A DNA stretch of 64,000 nucleotides, taken from positions 195,710 to 259,709 of the forward strand of contig NMRA01000050.1 in NCBI GenBank assembly GCA_002633005.1, given 5' to 3'. The DNA is from Phoronis australis. Its lineage: Eukaryota; Animalia; Phoronida. The first letter of the stretch is position 1; each line of letters opens with the position of its first letter. A program made the translations under genes and the position numbers. Below the pieces are notes generated by a model. It worked only from the letters and a program-made list of their open reading frames with translations, did not search any database and was not told the origin of the DNA. Of this stretch, positions 36,870 through 51,800 are shown one piece after another.

Positions 36870-37566
36870 ATAGAAACAAGTTATATACTGGTCGTGCTGA
36901 TGATGATTTTTAGTGAAACGCCGAGACCGATATATAAGTAAGCAGTTGAAGTAAAACTGCAATGCACTAATGAATAGTTGTGGAGTTTTGTTATAAACTT
37001 ATGTTTTGTTCTTGAATTTTATTTCGTTCAGATGAAGCGCACATGATATTCAGTCCATAAATATTTGCCACCATGCTGCAATATTCTTTATGCTTACTTC
37101 GAAGATCGAAATGTTTTGGACGTTTGATGCAACACCAAGGCTAATGGACGATCCATGTTGGTGTCGCATTGTCTACGTAGTATCTCATAGTAGAATTTTG
37201 GTGGTGTCATAAAGAACACAGCATGATCGCTGGCCAATTTGTATTTAATTAGGACACACTCGAATTAAAAGTGCCCTGGAATTTACTGAATGCATATGCG
37301 GTCGACTAGAAAAGATAGATTTTTGCAATTTTAATGTTGTTTTGAAACGGATCATTTTAGGAAATCTGTTGAGCCAAATATATTTTGACAAATGTGTACA
37401 TCCTAGAAAGTTGGTTTTTAGTTTGATAGGTTTTTGGAATTGCAATTATTTGCTGCATATTGTTTTTAGTTCGGACGGACCATACTGTACTCTTCAATTT
37501 GAGTACATTTTTCTGTCATTTTAAATTTCTCCAGAAAATACAAACCAAGAAATCAACATATATTCT

Positions 37567-37959
37567 ATGTATACCACTGTACCTGTGTTTAGCCCATCTT
37601 GTCTGGAGATCATGCACTCGAAAGTATAAACGTATATTCCTAAATTTGAATTGCAATTTAGGAAGTATCNCAAAAGAAGGAAACACCCTTCTCCTAAGCC
37701 TGTCGCTAGCGAAGTCCCCGACACATACAGTCGCGCCCACATGCCCACGTAACAAAGGCGCACTGAGACGCAACAAAGACATTAGCATAAGAATTACTGA
37801 ACATTTGCAACTAAATAAGAATAACAATAAGCGTAAAGTTACGAACGTCCCGTCACATGTATACCACTGTACCTGTGTTTAGCCCATCTTGTCTGGAGAT
37901 CATGCACTCGAAAGTATAAACGTATATTCCTAAATTTGAATTGCAATTTAGGAAGTATC
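37567..37959. repeat. Exact 103-bp direct repeat adjacent to an N (likely assembly overlap)
   Basis: 37567-37669 is identical to 37857-37959; the first copy ends exactly at N 37670. Confidence 0.85.
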
Positions 37960-38999
37960 TTGCTTCATGGTAATGAGGACTGCTACTGCCCTCTTGCCAA
38001 CAAAGACGGGATTTCACTAAATCTGTAAACATTCCACACCGAACAATATCGTAATTTTACGCATGTGTTTTCGCTCGAAATTTTGAGTTTGTAATTATAC
38101 GCTCGTCTTTTTGCGCTTGCTATGAAGTGTTCACAAGGTAAAATCTCAGGCGTCAAGTATAAATGTGGAAAAGATTGAAAGATATCGAAGACTGGCTAAT
38201 ATATAGCATTTGAAAATGGTCTGTTTTACTACATATTGACGTTGTAAAATATATATCTAGCAGATTGTCTGACAATGTTTTATTTTATTTGTTGGAATTG
38301 CCATGTTATTTCAATATTTATGTAATGTTTCATTCTTTTTCTGTTAGTAGTGTGTGCAGATAATATATGTCATGGCAAAAATCATAGGTTCAAAACAGTT
38401 TCCGGAAAGTTATGTAGTAGAATTTTTAAATATTGGTGGTAAATCAATTATTCTTTGTGCAATACATTTGAATTACAAACCATTTGCAAAACGATACAAT
38501 ATCAACTGAGTATTAATTGAATGGATGGTGACAACGTCGTGCTAAAATTACGACCGTATAATCACACACGTAAGATTACGAGCGTGGGAAAATACGAGAG
38601 CAAAATTGTCGTCGTACAATTTTAGATGTCACGCCAATTTCTCATTGGATATAACGGTCACGGTCGTAAAACATGACCTAAGTCTCTTGTAGTAATTACG
38701 TACGAGAGTAGTTACGGGCGAACGATTACGGTCATAAAACGCGAGCGAAGTGTCAGTCATAAGCATGAGTGTAATTACAGGCGACTCTTTTCCCCGAACG
38801 GCCGACGTTATAACACCCGATACCAAACAAACAAAAAAGCGCTTTTCATCGGAGGTTCGGCATAGGCCTGCATTCTTTGCCACGCAATTCGAAACTGAAT
38901 TGCTTATCTCTGACGCCAAGGAAGCCATCTGTTGCGTGAAAAAAACACTTCTATTCCATCTCTGACGTCTGAATTTTTTTAAGAATCTTAACTGGCAAT

Positions 39000-41215
39000 T
39001 TACCAAACTGTATTTACTATCATTGATAAACAAGTACAAAAACAAACGAGTACATCCATTCAGACACGCATGCGCACCTCAGGAAAGACTATCGCCGTTT
39101 ATCGTATAAAGTAAACAACTGCTACTTAGAGTTAACGTGAACAATAAAATTTCCCATTTCCCAGGGAAGCTGTCATACACAAAATTTTTATACGCAATTA
39201 TTTTTTCCGCATTATAGTACTCAAGAATATATGCAACAAACTTGTGCTTATTAGGAATATTTTTGTGCCATCTTTCCTTGTAAGTGTACTGTTTGTATAA
39301 TAAAACCAAAATTTTATAGAAAATCATGTGTCTGGTAAAGTCCAAGATTAGCACATTTTAAGAGAAACAGTTGGGAAGCTGAATGAGACACTTTCGAAGT
39401 AGTTTTCTGAATTCCTTCCAAAAATCTTCTACAGGGCGACATTCCCAAAAAAGTGTGGCAGCGTCTCTGGAACCTTATTACAAAAGGTCCGGAACATAAA
39501 TTAGAGTCCTGAACTTGGTTTTTTACTAAAAAAGCATTTGTCGCAATATTCTTGTACAGTATTCTAAATTGGAATCATTTAATTTTGGGATCCTTTGTAA
39601 TTTCATAAAGAAATGCGTATATTTTCTTTCAATCTAATCTCTATAGTCTATTTCCTATTTACACTCTGACAAGGTTTCTTCATGTCGCTAAAAATAGAAC
39701 AAATGTGTCTACAACTCATTAACACTTTAAAATTTACTTTGAAATAGATTTCTTTTAATCTTTTTTGAACAGTAACAACGTCGTTATATTCTACAAAGTT
39801 GGTTTTCCTATCGAACCCGTTTATTATATGGTCTAACCTTAACGAATTCTCCATCAGAGGTATACGTGTCTCTGATAAATCTTAAGCCTAAGAAAACACC
39901 TCTGCCTCCGATCCCCAAGTTACTATTAAAAACAAAGATTGATTCAAAAAGTCCTCTTTACTCGCAACAATTATTTTCTTATTGAAAGATGCCATACTTC
40001 CAAATATTTCGCGCCAATAGGAGTTATCATTAATTAGAGTTTACTTTGACATAACAAAGCCTTAAAAAAGCAAAATTCTTTAAAAACGGGTAGAGTGAGT
40101 GTAGTAACTGACCACTTTTAGACGCAGGGTTTTCAAGATATCTACGGACCATGGTGAGTTTTAAAGCTTTGCTGGAAGTACATTTACCCCTTGATCTAGT
40201 CCTAAACTGGCCCTAGTTCCTTTAATTTTATGATTACGAGCCTGCCGTACAAATCTAAAGAATGTCGTATTCAATTCATACAAGACCTCTACTGATTTTT
40301 TTTGGTAAATTTGACAACAAAAATTAAGTTTGAATCGAAATAGGTACCGTTTTAATAACAGTTTCTCTACTAAAGGCGTCAAAAGCATCAGAGTACGTCG
40401 ACTCACATTTTTGATAAAGACTCTTAGTCACTCTTGCAGTGAAGTTCATATGCTTCACACTACTCAACTGAGTATCAAAATGCACCCCCAAAAATCTGAA
40501 AGCTGTTTTGTCCAAGACAGGCTTTCTTTTGTAGGAATCACGTCATCACTACCAGTTTTACTTGCAATTTGTTTTACATGTACCCACATCCACTTGAAGA
40601 CCGGAGACACTAGCAAACAAATGTAGTACATTCAGTGTGCTAGCCAATGACAAATGCAAACCATCCAAAGTAATTGATGTGTCGTCCACATATCGCGAAA
40701 TTAAATATTCCGTATTTCCTGCAACTACATCAGCAATATTTCTATTATTCTTGATAAAATACGCTAAAATCTAAGCGAAATATAAATATGTAAGGAGACA
40801 GGGGATTACCTTGCCTGCAGCCACGCGAAAATGGGTGACCATTTACGACAACACGCGACTAAATATTACTATAAAAGACTTTTGCCCACCTTCCGAACGA
40901 CCAATGAAAACTAAGGAAAGAGAAACATTTTTGTATAAAATTTTACGACAATGAATCAAATCCTGTCTCAAAATCGATCAGTTAGAGCAACCCCGGTTTT
41001 TTAGCTGACTAGACATAAAACATTAAATCACATGGATACTTTCGTTCATATTTCTATCGGAAACAAATCCTGTCTGGTCGTTAGTGATTAGTTTTCCCAT
41101 AACGGATCGTAACCTTTCAACCATAGCCGCAGAAGCCAATTTATATGTCACATTGAGTAAGGATATGGGTCTCCAGTTTTCCAAATAATGTTTACAGATC
41201 TGCTCCCTTAGGGAT
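39000..41215 (-). mobile_element. 5'-truncated, decayed Tx1/L1-clade LINE (reverse transcriptase remnant)
   Basis: NWRPISLLNVTYKLAS...LITNDQTGFVSDR, RGCRQGNPLSPYIF, SRYVDDT (YADD-like) and FRFLGVHF occur in order on the minus strand with many frameshifts and stops. Confidence 0.85.
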
Positions 41216-41246
41216 ACGAACACTCATTTAGTTTTTTTTTTCTTGG

Positions 41247-41315
41247 CGCAAGCTAGGATTGAACTAGGGACCTTTAGATTGTCAGTCTAGTACTTTAACC
41301 ACGGCTCGGTGATGC
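41247..41315 (-). mobile_element. tRNA-derived SINE head or tRNA-like pseudogene
   Basis: Minus strand CGTGGTTAAAGTACTAGACTGACAATCTAAAGGTCCCTAGTTCAATCCTAGC has A/B-box spacing and is followed by an A-run. Confidence 0.55.
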
Positions 41316-41958
41316 AGTAGAACTTGGGTTCTGATTTATAGGGAGCAAGGGGGCAATTTTAGTGGTAAGCCATTACAAGAAAGGACCACTTCTGAAACGG
41401 GGCCTCTTAATATGGCCTCTGCCAGACGTGTGTCTCTAGATAAATGGTTTTGCATTTTCTAAAAATTGTCTTGTTGAATTAAACAAAATTGGCACCAATT
41501 TACCCATTTTCGTGGACTTTTTTGAAGTATGTTTTATTACGAGTTCGCTTTTTCAAGTGCGTTTAGACGATCACTGGTGCAAAAATAACTGTGCGGCCTC
41601 TGACAAAAATGTCCTGATCATGGCTGCTCTCAAATATTATATATCGCTGGCAGCTGACAAATAACTTCTTAAAATATTCTTTCCTTTACACATGTTTCAC
41701 TGTGTCTTTCTTGTATCAAATATTCTTGACTCTTAATCTCTGGTGGTTACTAAGGTTTCATCCGGACCCTTGCAAAACTATTAAGGTGCACGTGCACCTG
41801 TGCCACCCCCGCCACGTTCCCGGTTCCTATACGTCTCTGAACATACCTTTCATCTGGTGCTCCCTTGGTCAATTGAGCATGAGTTTTATAAGTGTACACT
41901 GTAGGGGAACATAAAAACTCTTTGCAATATAACATAACGCTATTTTGGTTGTGAATTG

Positions 41959-42244
41959 GGGGCTTCAGAGAGTATAATATGCTTTGGACACGCTATTATT
42001 AGGTGTAGGAAATAAAACACGGTAATTGCGTCATCTCCCAGTGGAACTACTGGATGGACAGTCAAATCAGCTGATCTGAATTACAGCTTTCTCTAAAAAA
42101 ATCGGGGCTTCAGAGAGTATAATATACCTGTACACTGGACACGCTATTATCAGGTGAAGGAAATAAAACACGGTAATTGCGTCTCATCCCAGTGGGGACT
42201 ATTGGATAGACACTCAAATCAGCTGATCTGAATTACAGTTTCTC
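41959..42244. repeat. ~145-bp tandem duplication upstream of CYP paralog 2
   Basis: GGGGCTTCAGAGAGTATAATAT...CAAATCAGCTGATCTGAATTACAG occurs twice (starts 41959 and 42104) with scattered differences. Confidence 0.9.
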
Positions 42245-42821
42245 CCACAAAATTCCGTGAGGAAAAAGCTCTGTACTATATTTTTATGAAGAATTCAAAT
42301 ATTGTTATGATGTCTTAGTTGAGTCATAATACAGGTAAATACGCATCCTGAACGGTGGTTATCACCATGTCGACTGTTCACAGCGTGTCACTGCAGAAGA
42401 CCGTTTCCCGGCGTTTTTCGGTACAACTGCGCTTCTATTTTCAGATGGCATAAAGGTTTTGGCAGCAATTGAATGAATATTAGCCTCAAAAATACAAAAA
42501 CTCACGTTTCCCAAACATGCACTACACAGCCTATTGTTACACAAACAGTTCAGAACCACAAGTGCCTAATTTGTTTTCAGTCGCATTTCAATAACACCGT
42601 GGTTTTAAACCCTAATCCTATGCGGCCTAGCCGTAGTCTAACCCGAACATAAACCAAATTCTAATAGACACTCTAAAAGTTGCCCCTGCAATATTGCAAG
42701 CCCATGAGGCCTGCTCGTACGTTCATCAGCAATTGCGAAATCACCGCCGACGCGACGGTTTGGTGATAATCCCTTTGAGCAACACTAGTCGAAGCCTTTG
42801 GGTCGCTTACAGGTCAACATC

Positions 42822-45800
42822 ATGGCTGTACAAGAATCACTCATTTCTCTGACCAATATGCCGTTATGGGCCGTATTACTTGCAGTAACTCTTGGTGCCT
42901 TTCTGGTGTAAGTACATATCTTTGAGGAGGAAATTTTATCTCTTCACTTTCATAGTCGCGAAGCTGGCATATAAATTGACCTTCGTGTCGTCGGTTTGTC
43001 AGTTACTAGGAGCCATACTGTTTACCTTAGTATTCACCTACTGTTGCTTCAGCAATATCGAAAAGGGAGCTCTCGCTGATGCTTGTTCGGGCTCACCAGT
43101 ATTCAATCAGCTGTCGAAGCTCTCCACTGCAGGGTCGCACGAATTTATAAGTGATTTATTTAAATATATACATATGGCCATAGGCCCAAAGTATAACATG
43201 CACAAGACAGCACGTTGTCAAGTGCGTTCGGAACTGGATAATAAATTGTGACGCTTGAGAGCATGACGGACGAATTTTAGAAGTAGGGTATCCGGAGTTC
43301 TCATGAGAGATTCAAATTTAGATGTCGTTGGAGAATGACAAAAACGACCACTTAAGTACTTAACTTGAAGGTCTTGGTACGCACTGCAAACTAACACAAG
43401 GTGGTATTAGTCCTCTACACATCCCGAATAACATAACTCACATAACCTATTTTCATAGGGAATATTTGCGTGGCGACCTCTTTCGCCAGTATCGTAACTC
43501 AACGTTCGCCTTCAAAGTCTAATGGCTGGGGTAACCGGGTATCGCTAGGGGCGCAGGTATACTGTCGACTGCTACATGTATTATACACATGTTTTTCTGA
43601 ATAATAGGTTGACCATAAATACTAAATACAGTGGTAAACCTGCAATAATTGTCTTCCTATAAACGCGACTTTGCTGTCGGATCGTCCACGTATTGCCAGT
43701 TTCCGCCGGCCTCGGTCCTATAAAGGAGTTGGAAGATGTAATTAAGCGATGGAGACACCACAGAATAAAACTGCCGATAGTTTCGAAATAGATCTTCTTC
43801 CCCATAGTGTAATATAAAATGGTAGTTAAAGATACTAAGAGAAGCGAGGGCTAAGTGATGCGCAGAAGACACGGTGTGAAATACCGGCGATAACATCAAG
43901 GGGGTAATCATCAACAATTGGTTGGACTTCAAAAACCGCTTGCCTAAACTTCAGAACCAGTAAGCTAAACTGCAAAACCAAATGGCCGGTGATCAAACGT
44001 ATTCAAAACCCGATGGCCTCACCCAAAAAAATTGGTTGGCTGGACCCAAAAAAACGATGGCCTGTGCTTTAACCACTTGGCCACTGATTAAATACAACGG
44101 CCGGACTTCTTCAGAGACTCACTTTGAATGTCTCAAAGTATTCAAAGGCATCTAATATTTATTTTTAGTACCCGTTTGTTTGTTTTGTTCAAAATCGGCG
44201 ATTTTTTCGGCCATTGTGTTTGAGCACCGGCCAACCCGTATTAAGTCCATTGAGCTGACCATTTTTTGGGTGCGGTCATCTGGTTTTGAGCACCGATCAC
44301 CGCCAAGTTACAACACCGGCCATTGGGTTTTGAAGTCCAGCCAGCTGGTTTTGAAGTCCACCAATTGTTGACCCCCAAGGGCATGCGTCTGTGAAACAAA
44401 GCAAACGATTTTATATATAAGATGTGGAGAATTCGAAAAAGGTCGTGTTCAATCAAACGTGTGTTACGGAAGGTCTACTGGTGTTCAAAATATCTACACT
44501 ATGGACCAAAGGATCTCCAAACAATATTTTATCCTCCTTCACGGGGAGTGTCGCAAGCGTATTGGGCGTTTTGGTGACAAGGAGGAATGTGAAATTAGGC
44601 GAAGTGTAATTAGTTTGTGTCCTCCCCCCCGCCCAGTAGTTTTTACCTTCCTTCGAGCCTGAGATGCAAGTACCAAAGGCATTTCTCAACATCCGACCAA
44701 TCGGAATCTTAATGTCCGAATGCTAATTCGTTCCGTAATTAAAAATGAGATATTTCATTCATTCCTTGACAGAGAAATATCTTATTTGCGGATCTAGGAT
44801 GGCATGCTGGTGGTGCCTTTTTTGTCATGTCTGCAGAGGGAGCGAGCCTCCTTGGCCCTCCTCAATTCCATAAAGTTCTACGTCTCGTAACCTTGGGAAA
44901 GAGTTTGCGGTATATTTACGTGCCTTAACTCGTCAACATTTGATCACATCAACGAGCCGCACACGTATTCGCATTGATGTGTGATCATCGATCAAATTCC
45001 AGGTACTTCTACACGGCGTGTGTGAACAACTTTTCCCGTCGCCACGGACAACCAGGCCCTCTGCCTTTCCCAATCATGGGTCACTTTTTCACCATAATGA
45101 AGAAGGTAAGTACTATCAATATGGAGGGACCAAACTCTGATTTACAATCATTTGTGTTCGCCACGGCTGCATGGTAAGCGGTTATTCATTACAATGGTTA
45201 CTAGGACAGGGTACGTGGAAGTATCGTAGGCGGTTCGGGGACAATTCGACCATTATTACTCTCGTCTTGAACAGACAACAACTTTAATTAGTATATGTGC
45301 GGCTATGGCGGTTGTGAAACCGTTCGCTACAAGCCAGCAACTTCCCTTTTCATGACATAAGACCCCACAGTCCACATATAGTGTACATACGTTGCTGCAT
45401 ATTGCTGTCATCTCCTTCTGGGCATCCAGCGTCTGCTGCTGTAAACCCCTTAGAGGAGCTTCTTGAAAGTTGGAAGATTCATTCTTATAGGGCTGCCACT
45501 GTTCCCCCCTAGTGACTTATGCATCTAGGAATTTCCTTAAAGGGTTTCATGAAATTTTGCAATTACGTTTCTGTTAAGGAACCGACGACGTCTTCTCATT
45601 AGCCATGCCATTTGGTGGCAATTCAGTTTTCATTATTTACAAATCTCTTTTTATCGTCGGCCTCTTTATCTGCCAAACCGCGCCATGGATCAGTATTACA
45701 TTATGGCAATTTTCCCACATGCATTTCCCTAAGACGACTATAGCTGACCTTGGTTTTCGGGCTGGTTCGATTATTGTGGTGTCTCCTAGTGGCAATGTTG

Positions 45801-48800
45801 TTTTTTCTTTCTCTGTTGTACCTCCTTTCCCCATTGCAGGATTTTTAGGAAACGTAACATTTTAGACAGTAACTTGACAAAACTAGTCTCAATTCCAAAG
45901 TGCCGCACACAAATTGAGAAAATAGTAACAACTTTATCGAAGGTGCGATGACATTTTACGTTCTGGGCCATGGATCTTGGCGATAAAATGAAATCCTACC
46001 CGAGACCGAACTAAGGCTGAAAATTAGCAATTTATTACTGTAAAAGGTTTGTAATTAGTTATTTTAAACTGACATTTTCGAATTCCGACAACTAAAGCGA
46101 CACAGAGTACTCTCGTCAAAGACAGGTGTCCTTTATAACTTAATCTTACACTGTCCATATACGGGTTACCGTCTCTGTGATTTCTACAAGAAATGTTAAA
46201 CAACTATTGCTTAGGTTATAGTAATATTTATCTCTGTAAAGTGCACTAGTCACGACTGTAAGATTTGTTGGGGAGGCATTTCGTCCATGTAGTTTCTTTC
46301 TAGTTTGAAATATGTTTTATCATTTGCAAAGGTGACTAGGTGTCACTAAAGATTATTCGAGTGAGGGCTTGATATAGATACTTAGGGTTGGTTGCATTCC
46401 GTTAATTAATTTCATTTCCGTGATCAACGGTGTCACAAATTATATTTGATTGTACTTTGGTTCATTTCAAGGGAATGATACAAAGTCACTTGGACTGGAT
46501 TGAGAAGTATGGTAAAGTTGTAGGGTGAGTTAAACATTTGGAAAAAGAGAGATTTTGGGTACCAGAAACTTTAATCTTTGATTGCAGGTTTTATCCGTAC
46601 CTATATGTTACCAATTGGCATCAGCGCCTTGCCTTGAACAAAAATATGTGAATCTTAATTTGAAAGGATACTAAACCCTATTTTAACCTATTAATAGATA
46701 TTAAAAACCTCTTATACATCCATTTCTTTGAATCAAATTAATGCTCTGTAACACCAACAACCCTCCAAAGTTTGGAGGACTTTTAAGAAATTCTGCTACA
46801 GGGGCAAGCGTGACCTACACTTTTAGTGTATTACCAGCAACTCGGGGATAGACCACCCACCAAGAACATGAATATCCTATCTCCGACTATGAATTTTAGC
46901 TGATTCCTGCTTTTTTCGTTCAAGACTGACGTCAATGACCCATTAGCAGGTGACAGAACGAGGACTGGTTTAAATCATCAAAACAAGGTTTATTAAGCTT
47001 TTAAAAGTTAACGTTTATATTCATTATTGTATCGTTGCAATCTTTGGAGAATTTTTAGTGAGTTGGTCGACCTAGAAAAGGAATATTGGAGCCATCTCTG
47101 ATGTCAAGGCAGTCTCGGAAATGTATACAAGTCAGCTTTTGTCCAAAATTGTTTGTCCTAAAATTACCTCGGTCTAGAACATCCTGAAGACGGTTATTGA
47201 GTACATGTATGTAGTTGTTATTTTTGAAATTAGTACATTGGATGTGCCCTGCCTTGTTTCGGCTGAATAATTTACCGTGATTTATAGCACAGATGCAATT
47301 TCCTGTTTTTCCCAGGCTTTCCCACGGCTCCACTCGAGCAATGTTGGTGGCGGATCCAGAACTTCTGCGGGAAATTATGTCGAAACAGTTTCACCATTTC
47401 GTCAACAGACAGGTAAAGAAAGTTCGGTCAGCAAGGTCATTTTGTTGAACGGTCTAATCACGTAATCCTTTTGTCTGTCGTTCTCGACTAATCCAGAAAA
47501 CTACATGACACATATTTCATTTGGTGGAAGATCTTAAATTTTACAATGGTGTGCTGCGTATTTGAATTCGAGATTAGGTGAAAATTCTGAAATATTTTTA
47601 GGATAGACCAAAGTACACACTTAATCATATTGAATTTGACTCGGTTTACTTTTGAGACAAGCTTTCGGTACACTCAACAATCTAAAAATTTTTATCATTT
47701 TTGCTCGAATGTATGTTGTCTGCACATTTATGTGGTTGAAAATCGATGTAGAACAATTGTTAGAACCCACTTTGATATTTTTGTGATCAATTGTCCTTCT
47801 AGACGTTATCCTGGTTGATGCATTTGATTGTGTGGGCATCTTTGTCAAACAGAGTTACCGTGTTGAAATGGCAACAAGGACCAATTTACGTGGAAAGATC
47901 CCCGAGCCCCCATCGAACCTTGTCCGCCCTCTGAGTTTATAAACTATCCCAGATTTATCATACTTCGAATTGACAGTACCAAAACACTGCTACATCACGT
48001 GGTGCAAAGTTAGCATAACTCGTTTTGCTCCATACCTAAGCTTTCTGCTGTTTTGCACTTTTACTCGTAGACGTTTAATTCCGGAAGTGTCTTTGACAAT
48101 CACTTGCTGAATCTTAAAGATGAACGCTGGAAAGACGTCCGGAGTATTATGAGTCCAACCTTCACCTCTGGCAAGTTACGAGTTGTGAGTATGCAAGAAC
48201 GTTTTAAGTATACTACACAAACCTCAATCTCCAGACCCCGCCACCTGTAGATTCCTTGCCGATTCTAATGCAAACAAATAAAGGTTGCGTTTTCAACTTT
48301 CATTTTAATTAGTTGCGTTATAAGGGGGGTCCGCTTAGCTGATCAAAAACACGAAAATCAGCCGTTGTTATGTATCGATTTCAAGAAGTCTGTAAAACAT
48401 CTGAGTAGTATTGTGCTTTGACTTCACGAAGACGTCACACAAGAATAATAACAATTTATAGCAATAACTTTGTTTAAACAAGAAGCCACCAGCCCACAGT
48501 TCGCAATAGCACATACAAACTTGATACATGTATGCGTATACACAGTCATTAAAGATTTAGTATTTCGTTTCTGATCATTATTGCCCTGTGTATATAGATT
48601 TAAATGTTTTTTTAAAGTGTAGGCTGTTCTCGAGTAAAAAAGAGACCCGATGTCGTGGCATCGTGGTATGAATCTATTTTTCAAATCTACCAGTGCTGGA
48701 CCACGTGACATGAAGTGTTCCTCAGTCTCAATCGCACCAGTATTTCAAATGTTACAAGATCTACCAGTACTCGACCACGTGACATGACGTGTTCCTCAGT

Positions 48801-51800
48801 CTCAATCGCACCAGTGTTACAAATGCTACAAGATCTTTCAATTGAGGGAATACAATTTCTTTTGCCGTTTTCAGTTTCTTATGTTCGCTATGTAAATTGT
48901 TGCTGCATCATCTCTCTATATAAGTACTTTCCACAAGACAACTCAGATTTAAGTTGTCTGTAAAATTCGCATTTTTTTGTAATTTCTACTATCGACAACC
49001 AAGTTGACATCTTTTAGCCTTTGTTGGCATTCCCACAAAAAATATTGTTCACCACCGGCTCCTTGGTTCAACCATACATGACCGAAATGAGTTGTGTACA
49101 ACAAATTTTTAATACGGGTACACTAACTATTTTGACCGTGCAATTGCCTTTCCTAAAAAATCAAAAACATGACTTTGGAAGTTTATCGTTTTGCATGTTC
49201 AATATTTTCAAAAACTATTTTATAGGATTCCTTAAATATATTTAAGACACAGATAAATCATGACGGCCACACTCTCCCTTTATCATGCCGTATGTCGTCT
49301 TAATTCCAGTTGGCAGTAACTGTTTACAGAATTCATTTGAACATTTTCAATTTCTTTCCAATGGCTAGTACCCCATATTTCAGTTCCATAAAATAAAATG
49401 GGTACTGTCATTGAATCAAACAGTTAAAACGCCAATAATGCGTTTTTTCTTGTTCCCATTTGACACGGAAAGTGTTTCACCAAATGTGTTACTTTGCTTG
49501 CCATTTTTGCGAGTGTCTTTGTTTTCAGCACGTTGTCTAACTTCATATTCTAGAAAATACAATATCTAAATAATTACAGTGACGACAAATCTTCAACTCA
49601 GTTCCCGTGTAATACCATTTTTCTGTTCTATCTAACCGTCCATCTTTCTTTAAAAGCACTATGGTTAACTCCTGGATGTTAACATACGATTCCACTTTTC
49701 TAGCGTATGCAATCGCCTCTGTAACTTAACATACATGTAGAGTCGCCAACTAGATTGGCAAGCCCTAATGTAGACATGTGTGAAACGGCAAATTAGAATT
49801 TATTAAAGACGAAATTTCTCGTCTTAGTTCATTCACATGCACTAAACTTTTTTCACAGTATCAATATAGCAAAATAGGTGTGGAATGAAACGCAGCGGAC
49901 CAATCGTGAAAGTGGCGTGTTTTTGAGAAGGTAAAATTGCGCATTCTTACATGAAGATGTTTGATCTAAGACAGCTAAAATTGTATGTCGGTGGTCATCT
50001 TATTTTTTCTTACGTCACAGCAAACCCATCAAAATAAAACACTGAAGAAAACTAACGGTGTAAACTTTTATGTAAAAACCAAAACGCTACCATTTGAGTT
50101 CTCAAAATCCTAACAAAACTTGTAAACATATATTGTTTCTTTATTTTCAGGTAGCACAACTTGTCAATCAAGCTACTGAAACATTTTTACATAACTTATC
50201 AAAAATTTATGAAAATGATCAGGAGTTCGAGGCGAAAGAGTAAGTACTTCAAATAAATGAATCAAAACAATGTTTAGGGAATGCAAACATGTGTTTCTCC
50301 AAGACCCCCCCGCCCGTCCCCCGGCAAGATGTAGTGTAGTTCTATGTCCCCATCTTATTCGTTTTTATAATACATAGCTTAATAATATAAATTGGGAAGT
50401 CTTTCCCAAAAAACTTAAGTTATTTTCCAAAGCCTTTAGTTTTTCCGTCAAAAACTCATAGTTCAAACATGTTTGTGTACGAGTTCCTTCCGATCCGTGT
50501 GTGTCTTCCTTTTGGTTTGTTCTTGGCGTTATTGGCCAGATAAGGAGAGCGATTCATGTAATGTAAATTACGTTTAAGACGACCTACCATCAAATCACTG
50601 TCGTATAAATCGATCCTGTCTAGATTGCTTACAGTGATCAAGGGTTATTTCATTTTCTGACATTTCAGAATTTTCTCAAACTTTACAATTGACGTCATAA
50701 CAGCGACGACATGCGGAATAAAGGTCGATTCACAGACTAATCCAGATGACCCCTTTGTGATGCACATCAAGAAGGCTATGGATTTGGACTTCAAAGACCC
50801 GCTCTTATTGCTCTTGGGTGAGTAGTTCATCTTTCTTTCATGATTTTCGCAGCACTGAAAAAGTGTAGTCCCCCAGCCCCCTAGGGTGCGCCGCCTATGT
50901 TCTTGGCATTCATGTTGCTATGCTCTCAAAGAGTAAAACCTGACCCAGTCATACAAAATTTTGGGTAAGCTTTTGCGTCAATGGTGCCATTTGGAGCAAA
51001 GTTTACACCACAGTCACGCGAGTGAACCTCATCCCGGTGTCCATCTGTTAATATCTAGAAAACCGAGCCTTAATCATTGGCGATGTAATTAAGAACTGCT
51101 ATAACTTTAGATTTACGCCGCTTATCATTATACTTTTTTCAATTTGTTCTTCACTCCAAAGTGATTACTACGATTTAAAGGAAGCCACCGATATAATTGC
51201 TTGCGGACAAGGCGCATAAAGTGGCGGATCTACGTTTTTAGTAAGGGGGGGTTTAGGATTCCCGCAAAGGTCGAATCCGAGACGCGTGGTGCCAAGCGGA
51301 GAGAGCTTGAGAAACCCCATCCCGTGTAAGACAATTTTTTGTTTTTGTAGCCAAACACTGAAATTTCCATGCATCCTGATAAGTTTCTGGCACTTAAAGG
51401 CGAAGGCAACCTTTTTCCATGTCATTTTGAGCTAAAATAAGGTTGGTTGGTTATCCTAGACATATTTTCCACTTAATTACAGCTTTTCGTAATTTTATAA
51501 ATTACTCGTCCGCTACTCCGGAAGTGACGTTTTAGGAGGCAAGCGTTTCCCGCCACTTGGTTTTGCGTTGACTTTACCGTGCGAATCTGTTCTATTCTAC
51601 TTTTGTTTTGTGCTGTTTTTCAACAATTGTCGCCACCACTTTCCATCGGCGAGTATTCTGCTGCAAGATAGGTTAGTAGAGAACTCAACTACGTTGGATT
51701 TAGGGCGGATTGTTTAGTGTGTTGTAAGCTGAAAATGGCTGGAGTCGGTTACCCGTATCACAGTGACAGTACTGTGAGTGACGGAGACCTTGTTCACAGC

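Noticed and set aside
37567-37959. LTR-like direct repeat
   Set aside because: Perfect identity and termination exactly at an N indicate a contig-overlap artefact; no TG...CA ends or TSD.
43915-44368. Regularly spaced ~21-bp repeats as an array system
   Set aside because: Units are degenerate, have no spacers and are mirrored, as expected for a foldback MITE.
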